From an uncultured Nitrososphaerota archaeon (GTDB taxonomy: Archaea > Korarchaeota > Korarchaeia > Korarchaeales > Korarchaeaceae), in assembly GCA_964618805.1 (NCBI GenBank), contig CAZUBM010000040.1:1-10741 (forward strand): a stretch of DNA of 10,741 nt. The letters are read 5' to 3'. The notes under the pieces are model-generated. The model was given only the letters and a program-made list of their open reading frames with translations, ran no database searches and was not told where the DNA came from. Positions within the stretch are counted from its first letter, which is position 1, and every line of letters begins with the position of its first letter. A program made the position numbers and the translations under genes. Shown piece by piece: positions 1 through 6,088 of the stretch.

Positions 1-2
1 TT

Positions 3-386
3 CATACATATCTCTTCTCAACTCCAGAAAAAGCAAGGAAATATCTTGGAGAAATCCTCTACCAATTTGAAGATCAAATCATAGGAAGCCATGTGATTCC
101 TCACGAAGAGGGTGCTCCGCCAAGAATAGGAGAAATACTGAAACTTGATGGAATAGGAAATGAGGCTTATTTGTGCAATTACTCAATGGGGAAAGTACTG
201 AAAGTAAGAGAGGGAGGGAGCCTTCCAGGTCCAGAGGTTGTTTTCTCATTGGACAATGTCGTGATCTGGATTCAAGGAGGCAATCTCAGGGACTCATACC
301 TCCAAGGCTGGTTCGTTTCGGTTGAAGAGCTTATGGAAATTTGTGAGCTCCAAAAAGAAAAAATTTATCGACTTAGTGGAGGTTAA
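3..386 (+). CDS. Hypothetical protein, 5'-truncated; possibly the C-terminal PknH-like/sensor-type extracellular domain of an exported protein
   Basis: The frame is open from base 3 (HTYLFSTPEKARKYLGEILYQFEDQIIGSHV...) to TAA at 384-386, so the GTG at 93 is probably internal. The pattern YLFSTPEKA...LDGIGNEAY...VVFSLDNVVIWIQG...ELMEICELQKEKI resembles PknH-like extracellular folds (recognition by eye). Confidence 0.7.
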   Translation, partial: HTYLFSTPEKARKYLGEILYQFEDQIIGSHVIPHEEGAPPRIGEILKLDGIGNEAYLCNYSMGKVLKVREGGSLPGPEVVFSLDNVVIWIQGGNLRDSYLQGWFVSVEELMEICELQKEKIYRLSGG

Positions 387-411
387 TTAAGATATCGATG
401 GTGAAAACCTC

Positions 412-918
412 TTGATAGGTAAGAAGGAGTTATTATCTGGAGTTATACTGGCTATATCCGTTCTCTTCTTGGCTAATGCATTGACGAAGCCCCAACCACT
501 AAAAATAGTAATAGAGGGAAGTGGATCTATTCTCATCAACTCCCCAAAACTATATTCCTTTAAAGAAGTATTTGCCCTTGTTCTTTTTTCTTTTGCTGCA
601 GGGAGCTCGTTCCTTTATCTCCTTCTTAGGAGAGATTATGTTCATTCAAGGCCGAATTATTTACAATCAGTGGTTGATAATTGGCAATTAAAACGTATTA
701 GTAACGCTTTTACTGCATTAAAAGCTCTTGAAGGACCAGAGAAGGAGATATTTCAAATTATTCTTGAGAAAGGAGGAGAATTACTTCAAACGGAGATCAG
801 TAGCATCTCTGGATACTCTAAAACCAAGGTATCAAGAATATTAAAGAAATTAGAGGCAAAGGGATTGATATCAAGGTCACAACACGGGATGACCAAGAAG
901 ATATCTTTAGCCTTCTAA
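412..918 (+). CDS. Membrane-anchored winged helix-turn-helix protein (two TM helices plus C-terminal MarR/AsnC-like wHTH; COG2512-like)
   Basis: TTG start with SD-like GGTGA at 400-404. Two hydrophobic segments (LLSGVILAISVLFLANAL; VFALVLFSFAAGSSFLYLLL) precede a wHTH signature: EKEIFQIILEKGGELLQTEISSISGYSKTKVSRILKKLEAKGLISRSQHGMTKKI. Confidence 0.88.
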   Translation: MIGKKELLSGVILAISVLFLANALTKPQPLKIVIEGSGSILINSPKLYSFKEVFALVLFSFAAGSSFLYLLLRRDYVHSRPNYLQSVVDNWQLKRISNAFTALKALEGPEKEIFQIILEKGGELLQTEISSISGYSKTKVSRILKKLEAKGLISRSQHGMTKKISLAF

Positions 919-988
919 CTCTCTAAGAAGTTTCTATCCTAAAAGAAAAAGACCTTTTGAGGGAAGTGATGAGGCCAAGGCCATTCTT

Positions 989-1354
989 ATGTATGTAGGA
1001 CTTGATTCTTTGAAGCATGCAAACCTTCTGCGGCAAAGCGCTAAAGTCTTATTGCGTGACGTTGAAGTGGATTTGGAGAGTTGTCGGAATCTTGTAGGGA
1101 CGGAACCCGTTAATCTCATTAAACACATAAGGGAGGAGACTGAAGAGCTAGCTAAAGGATCCATATCAATGAAGGAAGCAAGAAAGCTAATTGAGGAACA
1201 AACGAAAATGGGGGGCCAGTTAGGAGAAAAATATCTTAACATGTGCCAAGCAAAGGCACTCTCTCTGATAGCTACATCTAAAGTGGTAATGGAGATCCTT
1301 GAGCTAATTTCAGAGGACGAAGAAAGACATCTTGAGTTATTAGAAACGACATGA
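989..1354 (+). CDS. Ferritin-like/rubrerythrin-like four-helix-bundle protein, apparently N-terminally truncated (possible pseudogene)
   Basis: Paired DxxxH motifs DSLKH (1004-1018) and DEERH (1316-1330) in a helical sequence. Family-like residues (DEAKAIL) continue upstream of the ATG, but an in-frame TAG at 908-910 is reached with no earlier start codon. Confidence 0.6.
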   Translation: MYVGLDSLKHANLLRQSAKVLLRDVEVDLESCRNLVGTEPVNLIKHIREETEELAKGSISMKEARKLIEEQTKMGGQLGEKYLNMCQAKALSLIATSKVVMEILELISEDEERHLELLETT

Positions 1355-1441
1355 GATATCTGCCCTAGTGAACCTCACAAAAACACTACTCAAAATCTCC
1401 TTCAGTTAAGGCATTTTTCATTTCTCTAGCTTTCTGAAAGC

Positions 1442-4400
1442 TCAGTTTATTTTCTCAAGGCCTTTTAAGGCATAATAAATCTTATAGAGGTTGATTATGT
1501 TCGCCTTCATGTATTCTTCTGCAGCTTTCCTAAGGTACTTTGTGAAGTAAGGCCACTTAAATTCTCCTCTTTCCTTAAGTATACTTGAAGATCTTTCAAG
1601 TTCCTTCCTTAGGGAGACAAGATCAGTATCCGCTTCCCAACCTAGTGTCCTCACAAGTTCCTCAAAAGGAACTACTTCAACCCCAAGAACTCTTTTTGCA
1701 AGTAAGCTCACTTCAATGAGTCTTCCTTCTCTTTTCAGGCCTTCAATTAGCATTGCAGCAGAGCTAAGCCTGAAGTGAGTGAGAGTTCTCATAATTAAGG
1801 GCAGGTCATAAACTACTAAGTAAAAACCTCTGTCTACGATGGAGTTTAACACCTTTCCCATCTCTTCCCATCCGCTAGTTTCGAAGAACTCCTTAGAGAT
1901 AAGGGCATAAAAGCTCTCTTCGCCGTCGAAGATAGCAGAACAACCTAAAAATATGTTCTCAGATAGTGGAAGCATAATGAAATCGAAGGCAGCAGTCTTC
2001 AAAGCTCTAGATGGTTTCGGAAGCAGGATTTCTTTGTCTCTCAGTTTTACCTTTATTTTCTCCCTCAACATCAGGTATTCGAGCATTCTTGTAGCATATT
2101 TCTTTGCCAGATCCCACCTCATTCCAGAGCTGAGCAATTCAAAGTGAGCTTGATCGTCAATCACTTCAAGAAGTATCTCTGAGAGTTCATCGGGCTTGAA
2201 CTCCTCAACTTTCTTCAAAACTTCTGCCCAATTAAGCTTCTCTATAAGACCAGCACTATCTGGTTCATGAAGCAATAGGAGCTTCCTATCTCCAACGTTA
2301 ACAACCTCATAATAGATAGTATCAAATGGTATTCCATAGACAAGCCTTAGGACTAAGGTAATAAGGGCCATCCCAATTCTTCCCCATACAATGTCCTCAG
2401 CAGGATCCAGCTCGATGGCAATCCCATAAGTATAATCCCTATAAATGCCTCCTGTAGGTCCCAAAACTGGAAGAGACTTTCTATCCCTAATGAAGTAAGT
2501 TCTGTCCCCTGAACTAATAGGTCTGGATTTTCTGGCACAAATGGTCCAATAAACCCTGTTTGGAATCTTTGTCCTTATTCCAAATCCGTCTCTTGGAGGA
2601 TCAACCACACAGATTACTTCAGAATGTAGCCTTCCAGTGTAATAGTCCCTGATTACGTTTGGCTCCTCTCCCCAAGAATGCTTTGTTTTCTCATACTCTT
2701 CATATGCAAAGGCAAGAGGATCATAGCTAAACACAGTTCTCATGGATAGTTGCTCTTCAACAACTCCTGTGACGAACCTTCCTTTTCTAAGCAGGTCGAC
2801 AACTACTGCATCTGCAGAGTAATCTATACAACCAGGCTGAAATCTCTCCACAAGATCGCAATGTCCTATGTCCTCGAGGTAAATAGCCCTATCATCCTCC
2901 CTCTTCATCCTTTTCATCCCGTAAGGCGGGCCAAATTCGTAGAAATTCATGTTTCTCCAAACTCTCCTCCCCCTATCAGTTAATCCTTCCTTAGAAATTA
3001 GCCTTAGATGGGAGAGCAGAGATAGCTCCTCTTCGGACAACTTCTCTCTGAGCTTGGGATTAGCGAATTTAAATAGTCCTTCAAACAGCAAGCTGTATTT
3101 GTTATCTGGATTTACTAATGCTTTCTCCAATGGAAGCTCTATCCATTTTCTAAGTGCATTTAATCCTCTAAGCAGGAGTTCTCTATCCCATCTTCTAACC
3201 GGAAGAATCACCGTTTCCGTGAATGGAAGCTCTTTTCTCCTGCCTTTCCTTCCCTCCTTCTGCCTGAACTCCCTAACATCTTCAGGAAGCCCAACGTGGA
3301 CTATCCTAATCACGTTTCCTATGTCTATTCCTTGAGCAAGAGTTCTTGGAGAAACAATAACTTTGACCTTTCCCTCCCTGGCACCAGCTTCTATGCTTGC
3401 TCTAACAACTTTTGAGACTAAATGATGATGAGTTGCTATCCTATCATGATTCTCCTTCAGCCTGAGAAGCGTCCTTCTATATAGCTCTTCAGCTCCTCTT
3501 ATGCTTCTAGTAAAAACAATAGTAACTCCTTCATCTCTAGCGTAGCTTGCAATTATCTCGGAAACATCTACTTCAATGCTAGGAGGCTCTAAACCAGCAT
3601 ATCGTGCGACCTCAATTACCTTATAGAAATCAAGTTTAAACCTATCAAAATCATCCAGTGCCCTTTTTATGTCATCTCCAACTTCCTCAGTTATTATTTC
3701 TTCTTTTCTCTCCTTTAGGGACGACCAAATCTTTTTTAAATCCTTTCCTAGAACAATATATACTCTATTTTCAACTCTAAAAGGCTTTCCAGATATTATG
3801 CTTGTTTCTCTTCCGTTTATTGAAGAAAGTATGGAGGCCATCTCCTCAGGATTACCAAGAGTTGCCGTGAGAACCGATATTTGAAAGTCCTTCGGCAAAA
3901 TTAGCTTCATAATCCTCATCATTGATATTAGAAGGGCTATTTCTCTTGGTCCGTAAAAATCAAACTCATCTATGACGAAAAGATCCATTTCAAGTGTAAA
4001 TGGATAGAGAAGAGACCTGCCACTGGGCCATTTCTTGAGATCATTAAGCAGGAAGGCAGGGTTTGTAATTAAGATGTCTAGAGAGGCTAAATGTTGCTTC
4101 ATTGCTCGAGTTCCCATCTGCGACCTGAGTTCTCTAGCTCTAAGAGAATCTATAGAATCAGCTCTTAACCCCAGTGCCTTTGAATATTCTCGGATACGTC
4201 TTATTTGGTCATTGGAGAGGGCTAACGTTGGATATATGATCAGGGTTCTCTTCTTTCCTAAGGCAGAGTGAAGAAACCAGGCCTCGGTCTTTCCACTTCC
4301 AGCACCAGATATAAGGACAAGATTTTTCCCTCCTTTTAAGGCCTCGTATGCATTTAATTGATGCTTATACAGCCTTGAACTTGCTATTCTTTTAGAGTGA

Positions 4401-4534
4401 GATCCTCCTCCCTTCAAACCTGGTAATAGGTCCTCAAACTTAATATCTACTGTTTCTGGTTCTATTTCGGGCTCTTTGAAACTATAAAAATCGTAGTGAA
4501 GCTCCTTAAGGAGTGATGAAGAGTCTATTGGCAT
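1442..4534 (-). CDS. SF2 DEAD/DEAH-box helicase of the MrfA/Hrq1/SftH type with a C-terminal degenerate RNase H-like (MrfB/YprB-like) domain
   Basis: Q motif LYKHQ, Walker A GAGSGKT, Ia YPTLALSNDQ, Ib TNP, II DEFD (3959-3970), III TATLGNP, IV IVFTRS, V TLAQGIDIG, VI QKEGRKGRR and family-typical VNPDN. SD-like GAGG lies upstream. Helicase call is firm; subfamily and C-terminal domain are less so. Confidence 0.92.
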   Translation of the reverse strand: MPIDSSSLLKELHYDFYSFKEPEIEPETVDIKFEDLLPGLKGGGSHSKRIASSRLYKHQLNAYEALKGGKNLVLISGAGSGKTEAWFLHSALGKKRTLIIYPTLALSNDQIRRIREYSKALGLRADSIDSLRARELRSQMGTRAMKQHLASLDILITNPAFLLNDLKKWPSGRSLLYPFTLEMDLFVIDEFDFYGPREIALLISMMRIMKLILPKDFQISVLTATLGNPEEMASILSSINGRETSIISGKPFRVENRVYIVLGKDLKKIWSSLKERKEEIITEEVGDDIKRALDDFDRFKLDFYKVIEVARYAGLEPPSIEVDVSEIIASYARDEGVTIVFTRSIRGAEELYRRTLLRLKENHDRIATHHHLVSKVVRASIEAGAREGKVKVIVSPRTLAQGIDIGNVIRIVHVGLPEDVREFRQKEGRKGRRKELPFTETVILPVRRWDRELLLRGLNALRKWIELPLEKALVNPDNKYSLLFEGLFKFANPKLREKLSEEELSLLSHLRLISKEGLTDRGRRVWRNMNFYEFGPPYGMKRMKREDDRAIYLEDIGHCDLVERFQPGCIDYSADAVVVDLLRKGRFVTGVVEEQLSMRTVFSYDPLAFAYEEYEKTKHSWGEEPNVIRDYYTGRLHSEVICVVDPPRDGFGIRTKIPNRVYWTICARKSRPISSGDRTYFIRDRKSLPVLGPTGGIYRDYTYGIAIELDPAEDIVWGRIGMALITLVLRLVYGIPFDTIYYEVVNVGDRKLLLLHEPDSAGLIEKLNWAEVLKKVEEFKPDELSEILLEVIDDQAHFELLSSGMRWDLAKKYATRMLEYLMLREKIKVKLRDKEILLPKPSRALKTAAFDFIMLPLSENIFLGCSAIFDGEESFYALISKEFFETSGWEEMGKVLNSIVDRGFYLVVYDLPLIMRTLTHFRLSSAAMLIEGLKREGRLIEVSLLAKRVLGVEVVPFEELVRTLGWEADTDLVSLRKELERSSSILKERGEFKWPYFTKYLRKAAEEYMKANIINLYKIYYALKGLEKIN

Positions 4535-4565
4535 GTCCTCTTCATTTCATCATATCCAATATGTT

Positions 4566-4579
4566 GCATATAATTCTGT
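4566..4579 (-). promoter_or_regulatory. Putative archaeal BRE/TATA promoter of the helicase gene
   Basis: The minus strand reads ACAGAATTATATGC, with TTATAT about 33-38 nt upstream of the ATG at 4534 and a purine-rich upstream flank. Confidence 0.4.
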
Positions 4580-4591
4580 AATAGAGCAGGA

Positions 4592-5362
4592 TTAGGAAAT
4601 GACTAGGGGGAAGCTAAAAGCTATAGCAATAAAACCGAAGAGGATTGACAGCTTCCATGGTTCCACGCGGTAAGAAAATGATAGCAGAACTCTGAGGAGC
4701 AATAAACTCGTTATAAATGAGGAGAAAAAAGCAGGAAGCATGTTAATACCCACCGAGGTTATTTGCAGTAAAGACGCTCCCAAAATCACTGGTATTCCTA
4801 GGAGAAACGAAAGCTTTAGCGAGTATTTTCCAAAACCCAGCAAGATAAGCGCAGCTAAGGTTATTCCAGATCTGCTTATGCCTGGGATAACTGATAATCC
4901 CTGAAGTAAGCCGACAAAGATAGCCGATCTAGGAGTGAGAGACGCTTCTTTTGTCTTCCGAGAGATAGCTAACCTTAGAGCAAACCCGACAAAAAGCAAT
5001 AGGAATCCTGTTGCTAAAGCGAATATCCGTCCAGAAGATGGCAGGAGGGATCCTCTTAAATAAATGTAGAGCGGAAAACCAACAACGCAAGTGACAGCTG
5101 TGGCTGTGCTTAGGAAAACACCTAATTCTCTTCCTTCTTCCCTTTTTAATCCTACAAAAACAGCTCTTATCTCCTTCCTTAGAACTAAAATTGCAGCAAT
5201 TGAGGATCCAAGATGAAGGAACAAGGCAGATGCTAGTGCCTCCTCTGGATCTATTCCCAACAGAAGCACTGACACTATGTACAACCATCCCTCGCTGCTT
5301 ATTGGAAGCCACTCAGCAACCCCTTGAATAAGTCCGAGGAGTAAAGCAATCAATCCGTCCAT
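4592..5362 (-). CDS. uppP: Undecaprenyl-diphosphate phosphatase family (UppP/BacA) membrane protein
   Basis: BacA motifs GLIQGVAEWLPISS, QGLSVIPGISRSGIT and SFLLGIP; multiple hydrophobic helices; 256 aa. Confidence 0.92.
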   Translation of the reverse strand: MDGLIALLLGLIQGVAEWLPISSEGWLYIVSVLLLGIDPEEALASALFLHLGSSIAAILVLRKEIRAVFVGLKREEGRELGVFLSTATAVTCVVGFPLYIYLRGSLLPSSGRIFALATGFLLLFVGFALRLAISRKTKEASLTPRSAIFVGLLQGLSVIPGISRSGITLAALILLGFGKYSLKLSFLLGIPVILGASLLQITSVGINMLPAFFSSFITSLLLLRVLLSFSYRVEPWKLSILFGFIAIAFSFPLVIS

Positions 5363-5467
5363 GATGATCTACCTACTCACGAGAATCTAAACTCTCTGTC
5401 ATAACAAAGCTCATAACTATTCTTTCTTTAGCCTAGAATGAATCTATCGAAGTTTTAGATAAACTAA

Positions 5468-5869
5468 TCATGTTCTTTCCTCAGAAGGTCCCTTGTTTCT
5501 CTCGGAAGCAAAGTGATCTGCTGCTATTATCATGGCCTGAAGTGCTATAACAACCGCCTCGCTTGTGATCCATCCGGCATCAAGCTGGGAGTTGATGTAA
5601 GGAGCGCCCTCCTCATCTAATGAATAAAAAGCAAAGGCGAAATTATGATTATGGCTGAGCATCCACTTCTCCATGTCGCTGAATCCCTCTCCTAGAGACG
5701 CGGTTAAGGAGACAACCCCTCTCTCCTCACTTACAAGTAGGAATATATCAAGAGGATCAAACTCCTGAGTCTTCCAGCGCGTAAGTATAACTGGTTGCTC
5801 TCCTAACATGGCATATCTTATGCCAGCTTCTTCTAGGGCCTGTTTAACTTTCTCTATGAGTTCACCCAA
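5468..5869 (-). CDS. YbjN-like / type III secretion chaperone-fold protein (about 133 aa)
   Basis: Start reassigned to the in-frame TTG at 5869, preceded by GGAGAG and TATA-like TTTTAA at 5907-5902. The acidic alpha-beta pattern (KQALEEAGIRY...VVSLTASL...MLSHNHNFAFAFYSLDEEG...AMIIAADHF) matches YbjN-type proteins by eye. Confidence 0.72.
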   Translation of the reverse strand: MGELIEKVKQALEEAGIRYAMLGEQPVILTRWKTQEFDPLDIFLLVSEERGVVSLTASLGEGFSDMEKWMLSHNHNFAFAFYSLDEEGAPYINSQLDAGWITSEAVVIALQAMIIAADHFASERNKGPSEERT

Positions 5870-5899
5870 TCTTCTCTCCGATGTTAAATAACAAACTGT

Positions 5900-5912
5900 G
5901 GTTAAAAGCTTG
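5900..5912 (-). promoter_or_regulatory. Putative TATA box for the YbjN-like gene
   Basis: The minus strand reads CAAGCTTTTAACC, about 33-38 nt upstream of TTG 5869, leaving a short leader that contains GGAG. Confidence 0.4.
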
Positions 5913-6088
5913 ACGACTAAGACATGTCTGCAGGACCATCGGCGGTCATGCAATACAATATTTTAGATCTTAGCTGAACATGTTGATTGAAGGTGTTGAT
6001 AATGGGATGGCGCTTGGAGCCCTTATTTCTTCGGCTCTCTTGGTCTGTTGATTATTGGCTGACCAAAATAACTTTTTTGGGAATTGCA

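Noticed and set aside
934-1242. 102-aa minus-strand ORF
   Set aside because: Antisense shadow of the ferritin-like ORF; Ser-rich with no motifs.
1953-4271. Six short ORFs inside the helicase (1953, 2353, 2750, 2949, 3669, 4035)
   Set aside because: Fully nested in a well-supported gene. The five + strand ORFs are antisense shadows and 2353-2538 is an alternative frame; none shows recognisable motifs.
4502-4513. 12-bp palindrome CTCCTTAAGGAG
   Set aside because: Within coding sequence; a few such palindromes are expected by chance in 10.7 kb.
1442-4534. Helicase as a defence-system component (DISARM DrmAB, Cas3 or similar)
   Set aside because: No methylase, HD nuclease, cas genes or CRISPR repeats in the window; the genes to its right are housekeeping or membrane-related.
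4929-5312. 127-aa alternative-frame ORF within uppP
   Set aside because: Same-strand overlap; its Cys/Arg/Ser-rich composition is expected from an off-frame reading of a hydrophobic gene.
5361-5420. ATGATGA C-box-like motif as a possible C/D sRNA (similar motif at 4553-4547, minus strand)
   Set aside because: No correctly spaced D'/C'/D boxes downstream.
5870-6088. N-terminal extensions of the two divergent ORFs (starts at 5953 and 5987)
   Set aside because: Atypical composition, and they would leave only 33 bp for two promoters. Better starts exist at 5869 and 6089.
5880-6088. Known riboswitch (TPP or fluoride) or tRNA in the long intergenic region
   Set aside because: Consensus elements were not found by eye. 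Any thiamine-responsive element would lie upstream of the ABC operon, outside the window.
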